This document shows, piece by piece, positions 37,931-46,933 of a stretch of DNA of 64,000 nucleotides; within the stretch, counting starts at the first letter, position 1; every line of letters begins with the position of its first letter. Origin of the DNA: Bacteroidales bacterium (GTDB lineage Bacteria > Bacteroidota > Bacteroidia > Bacteroidales > UBA7960). The translations under genes and the position numbers were made by a program. The DNA lies in assembly GCA_007125585.1 (NCBI GenBank), contig SLCY01000067.1:8638-72637 (forward strand). Reading direction: 5' to 3'. The notes below the pieces were generated by a model. That model did no database searches and was not told where the DNA came from. It worked only from the letters and a program-made list of their open reading frames with translations.

Positions 37931-38746
37931 ATGGAACAATTACAAAAAACAATAGAGTCGGCCTGGGAGAACCGTTCCTTGTTGTCGGAAGGCCATGTAA
38001 GGCAGGTTGTAGACCAGGTGATCTCGCTGCTTGATGCCGGCCGGTTGCGTGTCGCGGAGCCCGTAGAAGGCCGTTGGCAGGTAAACGAATGGGTGAAGAA
38101 GGCTGTCATCTTGTATTTCCCCTTGCGGAAAATGGAGTCCATAGAGGTGGGCCCTTTTGAGTTTCACGATAAGATCCCTTTAAAGCGGGGATACAGCCAG
38201 CTTGGTGTCAGGGTGGTGCCCCATGCCATTGCCCGTTATGGCGCCTACCTGGCCCCGGATGTTGTGATGATGCCCTCCTATGTCAATATTGGCGCCTATG
38301 TGGATGCCGGAACAATGGTCGACACCTGGGCTACGGTTGGCAGTTGTGCACAGATCGGGAAAGGGGTACATCTTAGCGGGGGCGTGGGGATTGGCGGTGT
38401 TCTTGAACCCGTCCAGGCAGCTCCGGTGATCATCGGAGACCACGCGTTTATTGGTTCCCGGTGTATTGTTGTAGAAGGTGTGCATGTGGAGAATGAAGCT
38501 GTGCTGGGCGCAAACGTGGTATTGACCGCTTCAACAAAGGTGATTGATGTGAGCGGAAGCGAAGCCGTTGAAACCCAAGGTCGAATTCCGGAACGCTCTG
38601 TGGTCATCCCGGGCACCCTGCCCAAACAATTTGCCGCCGGCACCTATGATGTCCCCTGCGCACTGATCATCGGCAAACGCAAAGAAAGCACCAACCGCAA
38701 AACAAGCCTGAATGACGCACTGCGACAACACCAGGTTGCCGTATGA
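37931..38746 (+). CDS. dapD: 2,3,4,5-tetrahydropyridine-2,6-dicarboxylate N-succinyltransferase
   Basis: MEQLQKTIESAWENR...LLDAGRLRVAEPVEGRWQVNEWVKKAVILYF parallels the N-terminus of enterobacterial DapD. Hexapeptide repeats follow. An alternative start is ATG 37904. The long ORF-track extension overlaps ruvX and is rejected. Confidence 0.8.
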   Translation: MEQLQKTIESAWENRSLLSEGHVRQVVDQVISLLDAGRLRVAEPVEGRWQVNEWVKKAVILYFPLRKMESIEVGPFEFHDKIPLKRGYSQLGVRVVPHAIARYGAYLAPDVVMMPSYVNIGAYVDAGTMVDTWATVGSCAQIGKGVHLSGGVGIGGVLEPVQAAPVIIGDHAFIGSRCIVVEGVHVENEAVLGANVVLTASTKVIDVSGSEAVETQGRIPERSVVIPGTLPKQFAAGTYDVPCALIIGKRKESTNRKTSLNDALRQHQVAV

Positions 38747-38880
38747 GTGAGAACAAAACGGTGAATGCCTGGACCTTCAGGGGCATGACGCCTGACAGAA
38801 AACACCTCGGGTTACAATGCAGAAAACGAGGTAACATACATTTCATAACGTAAATTGCCAAACGTCAAAACAGCACATAC

Positions 38881-39672
38881 ATGCCTCGTATTTCCGGAGT
38901 GGTCATTGCATACAATGAAGAGAAGTACATCGGACAGTGTATCCGTTCCATGAAGAAAGTCGTTGATGAGCTGGTGGTGGTGGACTCCTGTTCGACCGAC
39001 CGTACGCAGGAGATATGCAGGTCACTGGGGGTTACACTCTATGAGCAACCCTTCCTTGGCTATATAGAACAAAAGAACTTTGCACTGCAAAAGGCATTGC
39101 ATGATCATGTGTTATCACTGGATGCCGATGAGGCGTTATCGGATGAACTGGTTGCATCTATACTGAAGGTGAAGGACAACTGGGAACATGACGGTTATCG
39201 TTTTAACCGGCGTAACAGGTTTTGCGGGCGCTGGCTGCGCCATACACAACTCTACCCGGACCGCAAACTCAGACTATGGGACAGGCGCAAAGGGCGATGG
39301 GGCGGTGTAAACCCTCACGATAAAGTGGTGATGAAAGAAGGTTCTTCCGTTGGCCGGCTCAAAGGCGATATCCTGCACTGGCTGTGTGATTCGTATGAGG
39401 AATACCTGGACACGATCAATCGCTTCAGTACCATTGCGGCAACAGAAGCATTCAAAAAAGGAACATCATGCTCTGCATGGAAGGTGTTTTACAAGACATT
39501 CTGGCGGTTTTTCAGGAATTATTTTGTTAAACTGGGGGTACTGGAGGGATATATGGGATTTGTGGTCAGTTATCAGGATGCGTTTTTGTGTTTCCAGAAA
39601 TATGCCAAGCTGCGCCATATGAACCGTGCAAGAGATGCAGATAAAAAGTCTGTTTCCAGCAAGAACGGTTGA
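38881..39672 (+). CDS. Family 2 glycosyltransferase (LPS core type)
   Basis: It reads ISGVVIAYNEEKYIGQCIRS...VVVDSCSTDRT and has a DADE motif (LSLDADEAL). Confidence 0.75.
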   Translation: MPRISGVVIAYNEEKYIGQCIRSMKKVVDELVVVDSCSTDRTQEICRSLGVTLYEQPFLGYIEQKNFALQKALHDHVLSLDADEALSDELVASILKVKDNWEHDGYRFNRRNRFCGRWLRHTQLYPDRKLRLWDRRKGRWGGVNPHDKVVMKEGSSVGRLKGDILHWLCDSYEEYLDTINRFSTIAATEAFKKGTSCSAWKVFYKTFWRFFRNYFVKLGVLEGYMGFVVSYQDAFLCFQKYAKLRHMNRARDADKKSVSSKNG

Positions 39673-39738
39673 GGGGTTTGGCACAAGAATTGAATCATCA
39701 AATTAAGAGGTAGCTAACTGGTTAAATGATTGTTTTTC

Positions 39739-40308
39739 ATGTCGGCTGATCATGATATACAAAATGTACTGAAAGTCCTGAAAAAGGGGGGCACCATATT
39801 GTATCCCACCGACACCATCTGGGGCATAGGGTGTGATGCCACCAACGCCAAAGCAGTTGAGAAGGTGTATCGCATCAAAGAGCGGATGCTGGAAAAATCA
39901 ATGATCATCCTGGTGAAAGACCTTGAGATGTTGACACACTATGTCAGGGAGGTGCCTGAAATAGCTGAAGAGTTATTGGCCAGTGTCATGGACCCTCTCA
40001 CGATCATCTATCCCGGTGCCCGGAACCTTCCAAAGAATGTTCTTGCAGATGATGGTTCCATCGCGATACGCATCCCCAAACATGATTTCTGCCAGGAGCT
40101 GCTTGGTGCTTTTGGCAAACCTGTTACTTCCACCTCAGCCAATGTGAGTGGTGCGCCAAGCCCCTATTCTTTTGGTGGTATCCTTGAGCCCATCAAACAA
40201 TCTGTTGACTATATCGTACCTGTCAGGCACCAGTCCATTAGCAAGATAAAGCCCTCTACCATTGTGAAGATCGATGAATATGGGGAGCTGCGTGTCCTAA
40301 GAAGTTGA
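39739..40308 (+). CDS. tsaC: L-threonylcarbamoyladenylate synthase (YrdC/TsaC domain)
   Basis: It reads GGTILYPTDTIWGIGCDATN, then IRIPKH and SANVSG. An ATG lies at 39739 and an upstream TTG at 39730. Confidence 0.8.
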   Translation: MSADHDIQNVLKVLKKGGTILYPTDTIWGIGCDATNAKAVEKVYRIKERMLEKSMIILVKDLEMLTHYVREVPEIAEELLASVMDPLTIIYPGARNLPKNVLADDGSIAIRIPKHDFCQELLGAFGKPVTSTSANVSGAPSPYSFGGILEPIKQSVDYIVPVRHQSISKIKPSTIVKIDEYGELRVLRS

Positions 40309-40382
40309 TTATTTCAGGTTGTCAGGTCGTTTGTCACCTAAACATAACCCAAAGGAAAAAAGTAAAAGAACCCATTTATTGA

Positions 40383-41840
40383 TTGTTGAAGTTTTTCCAT
40401 TATCCCAAAAATCGTGAACCTGTGACGTCATTTTCAGATTATTTAGACCATAAAGTCATTCATGCTGTAAGGGAAGCGGCAGCTGAGATGAAGAAGCCGG
40501 TATATGTAATTGGCGGATGGGTGCGCGATATCTTCCTTGAACGGCCTTCCAAAGATATTGACATCCTGGTTGTTGGTAGCGGTATAGAGCTGGCAGCCGG
40601 GGTGGCTGACAAACTTGACAGGAGAGCACGTTTGAAGGTTTATAAGAATTTCGGGACTGCCATGCTTCGCTACCAGAGCTGGCAGGTTGAATTTGTCGGG
40701 GCACGTAAAGAATCCTATCGTGCGGATTCGCGCAAACCCATTGTCGAAGACGGAACCCTTGAAGATGACATGAAACGGCGGGACTTTACCATCAATGCCA
40801 TGGCCATCAGCCTCAATGACAAGGATTATGGCCGGGTGCTGGATCCTCACGGGGGCATGCATGACCTGGAAAACAAGATCATCAGGACCCCTCTTGACCC
40901 TGACCTCACCTATTCCGATGACCCTCTTCGGATGATGCGCGCCATACGTTTTGCCGCACAGCTCGATTTTGAAGTGGATGGCTCTTCTTTTGAAGCCATC
41001 CGCAGGAATGCCGGGCGGTTAAGTATTGTGTCAATCGAAAGGGTGATGGATGAGTTTAACAAGATCATGCTTTGCAGGGAACCCGGCAAAGGGATCAGGA
41101 TGCTCAGGGCAGCGGGATTGCTCAGTGTGTTTTTCCCGGAGCTCGATGCCATGTACGGTGTAGAAGTGGCAGACGGAAAAGCCCATAAGGACAACTTTTT
41201 TCATACCATGCAAGTGATGGACAACCTGGCCCAACAGACGAATGATCTGTGGCTGCGCTGGGCCGCCTTGCTGCACGATATCGCCAAACCGGTAACCAAA
41301 CGGTACGATAAGAAGCTTGGATGGACCTTCTACGGACATGAGTTTGTCGGAAAGAAAATGGTGGAAAAGATCTTCCGGCGGCTCAAATTGCCCCTGAACG
41401 AAAAGATGAGGTATGTTCAGAAGCTCGTACTTTTACACCTGCGTCCCATCGCGCTTACTGAAAATATTGTGACAGATTCGGCGGTCAGGAGGTTGTTGTT
41501 TGAAGCGGGCGATGACATTGACGACCTGATGATGCTCTGCGAAGCGGATATCACCTCAGGGAACAGGGATAAGGTCGTACAGTATCTTGAAAACTTTCAG
41601 AGAGTGCGGCGCAAGCTGAAAGAAACGGAAGAAAAGGATAAACTAAGGAACTGGCAGCCACCTGTTTCGGGCGAGGACATCATGGCTGCCTTCGACTTAC
41701 CCCCATGCAAAGAAGTGGGCATCATAAAGACAGCCATCCGGGAAGCCATCCTTGACGGCAAGATTCCAAACGAAAAAGGGGAGGCCCTGAAACGGATGCT
41801 CGAAGAAGGGAAAAAAATGGGATTGACACCGCGGAATTAA
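40383..41840 (+). CDS. cca: CCA-adding tRNA nucleotidyltransferase / poly(A) polymerase family with HD domain
   Basis: It has VYVIGGWVRD, DIDILV and RRDFTINAM, and an HD region (LLHDIAKP). It has a TTG start. Confidence 0.8.
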   Translation: MLKFFHYPKNREPVTSFSDYLDHKVIHAVREAAAEMKKPVYVIGGWVRDIFLERPSKDIDILVVGSGIELAAGVADKLDRRARLKVYKNFGTAMLRYQSWQVEFVGARKESYRADSRKPIVEDGTLEDDMKRRDFTINAMAISLNDKDYGRVLDPHGGMHDLENKIIRTPLDPDLTYSDDPLRMMRAIRFAAQLDFEVDGSSFEAIRRNAGRLSIVSIERVMDEFNKIMLCREPGKGIRMLRAAGLLSVFFPELDAMYGVEVADGKAHKDNFFHTMQVMDNLAQQTNDLWLRWAALLHDIAKPVTKRYDKKLGWTFYGHEFVGKKMVEKIFRRLKLPLNEKMRYVQKLVLLHLRPIALTENIVTDSAVRRLLFEAGDDIDDLMMLCEADITSGNRDKVVQYLENFQRVRRKLKETEEKDKLRNWQPPVSGEDIMAAFDLPPCKEVGIIKTAIREAILDGKIPNEKGEALKRMLEEGKKMGLTPRN

Positions 41841-42055
41841 GAAATAATCATCTACATGTCTCCTGTAAAATCCCCATCAATTTGCCGCTTTTCATTGACA
41901 AAAAGCAAGGTTAAAGGATAATCTGCATTTTTACACCATCATTTCGGCAACACACCATCCGCATTGGAGGCATCTGTGTTAAAAACAAGGATATTTCTGA
42001 TGTAAAACCTTGCATGGTTTTTTATCGATCTGTGTGTCAATTGAAAATTGTCATG

Positions 42056-42063
42056 TATCTTTG
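42056..42063 (+). promoter_or_regulatory. Candidate -7 box for the 42108 ORF and miaA
   Basis: TATCTTTG lies 45 nt upstream of ATG 42108. Confidence 0.45.
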
Positions 42064-42107
42064 TTATGGATAAACACCCAATATAAGGGTAACAATAGGA
42101 GCCTTGT

Positions 42108-42731
42108 ATGATCATTTACAAGTTTAAGACAAGCTTTGAGGATTACGACGATTTTTTGAGGGAGATAGAGTTGCGTGCGGATCAGACGTTTGAAGACTTT
42201 CACCAGGCCATCCTGGGGAACCTGGGGTTGGATCCCGGCATGCTGGCCTCATTTTTTATTTGCGACCACCGGTTTCGCAAGCAGAAAGAGATTCAGCTCA
42301 CCGGCACGGATCCCGCCATCGCGGTTAATGAAGAAGATGATGAAGAGCAAGGGCCTGCAGAGAAGGAAAACGATGTGTTGCTCATGCACGAATGTGTCCT
42401 GAAAGATTTTATAGATGATCCCCATCAACGCCTGTTGTTTGTCTACGATAACCTGAACGGGTGGACTTTTTATATTGAGTTGGTGAAGATCATGCCTGCC
42501 GACAAAAACACCATCTATCCCCGCTTCAGCAAGTCACGGGGCCCTGTCCCCGTTGAGCTGGTCGCCACACCAAAACAGATTCCCGGAGTCGAAACCCCGA
42601 AAGACTTTTCCTATGGCGATGGAGATGCTCCTCCGGCAGACCTCTCCGATTTTGATCAGATCGAAGGAGGTGAAGAGTATTTTGGTGATGACCCGGTGAT
42701 TAACAACGATGACTTCGACCAGGAGAAATAA
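42108..42731 (+). CDS. Conserved hypothetical protein with an acidic C-terminal tail (N-terminal domain possibly pRiA4b ORF3/MM3350-like)
   Basis: The 207-aa product has good coding appearance. The pattern FLREIELRADQTFEDFHQAILGNLGLDPGMLASFFI loosely resembles that domain family. This is a weak, memory-based call. Confidence 0.4.
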   Translation: MIIYKFKTSFEDYDDFLREIELRADQTFEDFHQAILGNLGLDPGMLASFFICDHRFRKQKEIQLTGTDPAIAVNEEDDEEQGPAEKENDVLLMHECVLKDFIDDPHQRLLFVYDNLNGWTFYIELVKIMPADKNTIYPRFSKSRGPVPVELVATPKQIPGVETPKDFSYGDGDAPPADLSDFDQIEGGEEYFGDDPVINNDDFDQEK

Positions 42732-43647
42732 GACCCTTGTGGTGATCACCGGCCCTACTGCTGTCGGGAAAACCGAGTTAAGCATCGATGTGGCAAGGGA
42801 TCTGAAAACAGGGATCATCTCAGCCGATGCGCGCCAGTTCTATCGGGAGCTGCAGGTGGGAACAGCCACCCCGTCATCAGGGCAACTGCAAACGGTCCCC
42901 CATTACCTGATTGGACACCTTTCTGTTAAAGACTACTACAATGTAGCACTCTACGAAAAGCATGCTTTGAAAATAATGGAGGGGTTGTTCCGGCGTTCTG
43001 ACCATGTCGTTGTAACAGGTGGTTCAGGCCTCTATATTGATACACTTTGCCGGGGGATCGATCAACTGCCTGACCCCGATCCGGTATTGCGTGAAAAGAT
43101 CCATCAGGTATACCTGGAAGATGGGCTCACTGCATTGCGGCAATGGGTCAAAAAGGTGGATCCGGAATACTACGGACAGGCCGACCAGGCAAACCCCAAA
43201 CGCATGATGCGGGCACTGGAAGTGTTCCTCTCTTCGGGAGTGCCCTTTTCCATGCTGAGGAAACAGAACTTTAAAGAAAGACCCTTCTCTATCAAACGAA
43301 TCGTGCTTGACAGGCCCCGTAAGGAACTGTTTGACCGGATTAATGCTCGAACAACCTTGATGATCAGGCAAGGGCTGATCGAAGAGGCCCTCGGACTTTA
43401 CAGGTACCGGCACCTCAATGCCTTGAACACGGTCGGATATAAAGAGATCTTCAACTGGCTTGCCAACAAATATTCCTTGCATACAGCGGTGGCAAAAATC
43501 AAGATCAACACACGCCGCTATGCCAAAAGGCAACTTACCTGGTTTAAACGGTACGACGATGCAGCCTGGTTTCATCCGGATGAAAAGGAAAAGATGATGC
43601 AGTGGCTATGCCATGGTGCTCCCGCCGGAGGCAAGCGACAGGCTTGA
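42709..43647 (+). CDS. miaA: tRNA dimethylallyltransferase
   Basis: It has the P-loop VITGPTAVGKT, then YRELQVGTA, and a YAKRQLTWF-type C-terminal motif. It overlaps the upstream ORF by 23 nt. Confidence 0.9.
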   Translation: MTSTRRNKTLVVITGPTAVGKTELSIDVARDLKTGIISADARQFYRELQVGTATPSSGQLQTVPHYLIGHLSVKDYYNVALYEKHALKIMEGLFRRSDHVVVTGGSGLYIDTLCRGIDQLPDPDPVLREKIHQVYLEDGLTALRQWVKKVDPEYYGQADQANPKRMMRALEVFLSSGVPFSMLRKQNFKERPFSIKRIVLDRPRKELFDRINARTTLMIRQGLIEEALGLYRYRHLNALNTVGYKEIFNWLANKYSLHTAVAKIKINTRRYAKRQLTWFKRYDDAAWFHPDEKEKMMQWLCHGAPAGGKRQA

Positions 43648-43669
43648 CAGCCTTCATACAGAGGCCATA

Positions 43670-44515
43670 TCAGGTGTGCTTTGCATGAAACCGGACGAGG
43701 CTCTCCAGGGGCGAAGCCATAAATATTCCGGGCTGAACGCCATGTTTGTGGGCAGATAACTGCAGAATGTCCCGGAAATGGTAGGCCACAGAACCGATGC
43801 ATCCAAAGGGACGGGTCTTATAACCGGTAAACCGCGAGAGCTGTTGTTCAAAAAAAGCATCAAAACATGATTCTACGAGATCATGCACATACGGGTGGCC
43901 TATATGTTCTTTCAAAAAGGGTGAAAATGAGGCAAGGAACCGATTTGGCCCTGCTTTCTTGTAAACGTTTGTGAGGATCTCTTCATTGCTCATGCCGTAT
44001 CGTTCCATAAACGCCTGCCTGATTTCCCTGGGTGCTGTTTCTTTTAAATGGGCGGCAATATAGGTTTTTCCCAGATGGGCACCACTGCCTTCATCGCCAA
44101 ACAGATAGCCGGTCGAAAAAAGGTGCTCCGTGATTATTTCCCCATCATATATACATGAGTTGGATCCCGTACCCAATATGGAGGCTGTGCCAGGTTTTTT
44201 CCCAAATAAAGCACGGGCAGCGGCAAGCATATCATGTTCAACATCTATATGCTTGTTGGGGAAAAACACCTTCAGTGCATCATGGATGATCGCTTTCTTT
44301 GTCATGGAAGAACAGCCCGCCCCGTAAAAAAAAACCGCCTCAGCCTTCCGGATGCCTGGATGTTGAGAAAAAACCTCCTGCAAAATTCCAATAACCTCTT
44401 CCGTGCTGTGAAAAAATGGGTTTAATCCCGGCGATCTGAATGACCGCAGCACGTCATCCCCCTCCAAACAGATCCAGTCAGTCTTTGTGCTTCCACTGTC
44501 GGCAATAATGATCAT
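43670..44515 (-). CDS. BadF/BadG/BcrA/BcrD-type ATPase (N-acetylglucosamine kinase-like)
   Basis: It reads MIIIADSGSTKTDW, then GTGSNS and GDEGSGAHLG. Confidence 0.7.
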   Translation of the reverse strand: MIIIADSGSTKTDWICLEGDDVLRSFRSPGLNPFFHSTEEVIGILQEVFSQHPGIRKAEAVFFYGAGCSSMTKKAIIHDALKVFFPNKHIDVEHDMLAAARALFGKKPGTASILGTGSNSCIYDGEIITEHLFSTGYLFGDEGSGAHLGKTYIAAHLKETAPREIRQAFMERYGMSNEEILTNVYKKAGPNRFLASFSPFLKEHIGHPYVHDLVESCFDAFFEQQLSRFTGYKTRPFGCIGSVAYHFRDILQLSAHKHGVQPGIFMASPLESLVRFHAKHT

Positions 44516-44569
44516 GGATCATCCGGTTTTCCTGTTCTAAGCGATGGTTGAAAAGAAAGTTTTCTGTCT

Positions 44570-45388
44570 TTACGAATCCTTCGCCCCTTTAGCTTCTGAA
44601 AGGAACTCTTTGGCCAGCAATTCTTTTAACTGCAAGGGCTTGATGCTCCTTTTGATCTCCCCGCCCTTACACCAGGATATTTTTCCTGTTTGTTCGCTAA
44701 CCACCAGGGCGATGGCATCTGACTGTTCGGTAATGCCTATGGCTGCCCGGTGACGTAACCCAGGGGAACCCGGGATCTTTCGGATCTCCGATACGGGAAG
44801 CACGCAGCGGGCCGCACGGACCCGGTTGTCAGAGATGATCACCGCTCCATCATGCAGCGGACTGTTCTTGTAAAAGATCGAACCCAGCAATTGCTCAGAG
44901 ATCTCGGCGTTCACCCGCTGACCGGTCTCGATAAAGGATTCCAGTTCATTTGTATTTGTGATCACAACCAAAGCACCTGTCTTTTGTTCTGCAAGAGATT
45001 CCAGTGCATTGACAATGGCAGGAATGTTAAGATCCCCTTCTTTTTCCATCTGCCATAACCCTTTGAAAAAGTCGCGCGACGCCCGGTGGGGAATACTTTT
45101 CTTGCCTATGACGACCAGCAGTTTCCGTATCTCGGGCTGGAAGACGATGATCAGGGCCAGTACACCGACAGAAATGAACTGTCCCAGGATCGCTGTAAGA
45201 AGCTCCATCTCAAAGATGCGAACCAGCCACCACAGAAGATAGATCGACAATATGCCCAAAAAAATGTTTATGGTACCTGTACCCCTTATCAGAATATACA
45301 GCTGATAGAGCAATATGGCCACCAGCAATATGTCAAGAATGTCTAAAAAACGAATCTGAAGAAAACCCAGGACAGACAGCGTAAACAT
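44570..45388 (-). CDS. cdaA: Diadenylate cyclase CdaA (three N-terminal TM segments plus a DAC domain)
   Basis: It has GALVVI, PLHDGAVIISDNRVRAARCVLP and GLRHRAAIGITE. Confidence 0.85.
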   Translation of the reverse strand: MFTLSVLGFLQIRFLDILDILLVAILLYQLYILIRGTGTINIFLGILSIYLLWWLVRIFEMELLTAILGQFISVGVLALIIVFQPEIRKLLVVIGKKSIPHRASRDFFKGLWQMEKEGDLNIPAIVNALESLAEQKTGALVVITNTNELESFIETGQRVNAEISEQLLGSIFYKNSPLHDGAVIISDNRVRAARCVLPVSEIRKIPGSPGLRHRAAIGITEQSDAIALVVSEQTGKISWCKGGEIKRSIKPLQLKELLAKEFLSEAKGAKDS

Positions 45389-45426
45389 AGGGCTTGGTTT
45401 TTCACGGGTGGTTAAAGATAATGGAT

Positions 45427-46287
45427 TTATTTGTGGCTGTTGTAAAAGTTGATGATTTTTATTGCTTCCATGGCCTCTCTGGCGTCGTGGACGCGCAAAA
45501 TATCGGCTCCCTTACTCAGCGCCAGGGTGTTCAGGACCGTCGTTCCGTTGAGGGCTTGTTCCGGACTGGTTGACAGCACTTTGTTAATCATGGACTTCCT
45601 GGAAACCCCTACCATCAAAGGGAGGTCGAAAACGGAAAAATATTCAAGATTCGCCAGCAACTGGTAATTCTGTTCCAGTGTCTTCCCAAAACCGAAGCCC
45701 GGGTCAATGATAATGTCATGAACCCCCAGCTCTCTAAGCTTCTCTGTCTTTTCTGAAAAAAAGCCGGCCACTTCCCTGACCAGGTGACGGTATGCCGGTG
45801 CCTTTTGCATGTTGTCCGGCTGCCCCTGCATGTGCATGATCACATAGGGTACACCGAGTTCAGCTATTGCAGGAAACATTTTTGGATCAAACCTTCCGGC
45901 GGAGACGTCATTGATCATAGAGGCCCCGGCATCGACAGCCATTCTGGCGGTGGTTGAATGGTAAGTGTCGACAGAGATGATGGCTTCGGGAAAATGCCGG
46001 ACAACAGCTTTTAGCGCCGGCAACAAACGCTGCTGCTCCTCTTTCGGGTCGATGAACCCGGCCCCGGGACGGCTCGAAGCAGCACCCATGTCCAGCAACT
46101 GCGCACCGTCACGCAACAACTGTTCCGCCAGCTTGATGGCATCCCATGAATGGGTGAGCCTTCCCCCGTCGTAAAAAGAATCCGGTGTAATATTCATCAC
46201 CCCCATGACCAAAGGTGAAGATAAATTTATAATTTTGCCTTTACAGTTTAGGGTCTTTTTTGGGCAAAAAAACGGTTCTTTCCACAT
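45427..46287 (-). CDS. folP: Dihydropteroate synthase
   Basis: It has VMGVMNITPDSFYDGG, DMGAASSRPG, INDVS and GFGFGKT. Confidence 0.9.
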   Translation of the reverse strand: MWKEPFFCPKKTLNCKGKIINLSSPLVMGVMNITPDSFYDGGRLTHSWDAIKLAEQLLRDGAQLLDMGAASSRPGAGFIDPKEEQQRLLPALKAVVRHFPEAIISVDTYHSTTARMAVDAGASMINDVSAGRFDPKMFPAIAELGVPYVIMHMQGQPDNMQKAPAYRHLVREVAGFFSEKTEKLRELGVHDIIIDPGFGFGKTLEQNYQLLANLEYFSVFDLPLMVGVSRKSMINKVLSTSPEQALNGTTVLNTLALSKGADILRVHDAREAMEAIKIINFYNSHK

Positions 46288-46331
46288 GGGATCCTTCGTG
46301 TTAAACTATTTTCTGTCATTACAACAATGCA

Positions 46332-46883
46332 ATGAGTAAAGAAACCAATACAGACCAGCAATATGAACAGATCGTTGCATTATGCAGGGATGTGTTCCTC
46401 AAAAAGATGCAGGACTATGGCAGTGCCTGGCGAATATTGCGGCCCCCTTCACTGACAGACCAGATCACTATCAAAGCCCAGCGTATCCGCTCATTACAGA
46501 GCAAAGGTAAACAAAAAATACTGGAAGGGATCTCTCCCGAATTCATCGGTATTGTAAATTATTCCATCATCGGATTGATTCAAATGGCATTGGGAACCAG
46601 CGACACCATCGATATCGGTGAAGAAGAGGCCACGACGCTGTATAACAACTATTTTGAGAAAGCCCGGCAGCTGATGCACGATAAAAACCATGACTATGGC
46701 GAGGCTTGGCGCGATATGCGGGTTTCTTCACTGGCTGACATCATTCTCATGAAGCTGCTACGCATTAAGCAAATTGAGGATAACCAGGGCAAGACCTCTT
46801 GCTCGGAAGGCATTGATGCCAATTATTACGATATCATCAATTATGCAGTGTTTGCGTTAATAAAACTGGAACTTGAAAGATAA
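46332..46883 (+). CDS. DUF1599 domain-containing protein
   Basis: It carries two copies of the YGxAWR...L(T/A)D(Q/I)I..K..RI pattern (YGSAWRILRPPSLTDQITIKAQRI and YGEAWRDMRVSSLADIILMKLLRI). It is divergent from folP. Confidence 0.6.
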   Translation: MSKETNTDQQYEQIVALCRDVFLKKMQDYGSAWRILRPPSLTDQITIKAQRIRSLQSKGKQKILEGISPEFIGIVNYSIIGLIQMALGTSDTIDIGEEEATTLYNNYFEKARQLMHDKNHDYGEAWRDMRVSSLADIILMKLLRIKQIEDNQGKTSCSEGIDANYYDIINYAVFALIKLELER

Positions 46884-46933
46884 TTCAAGGCCTTTTCAGG
46901 GCACATATTGGCGACTTTTTATCAGGAGGTGCG

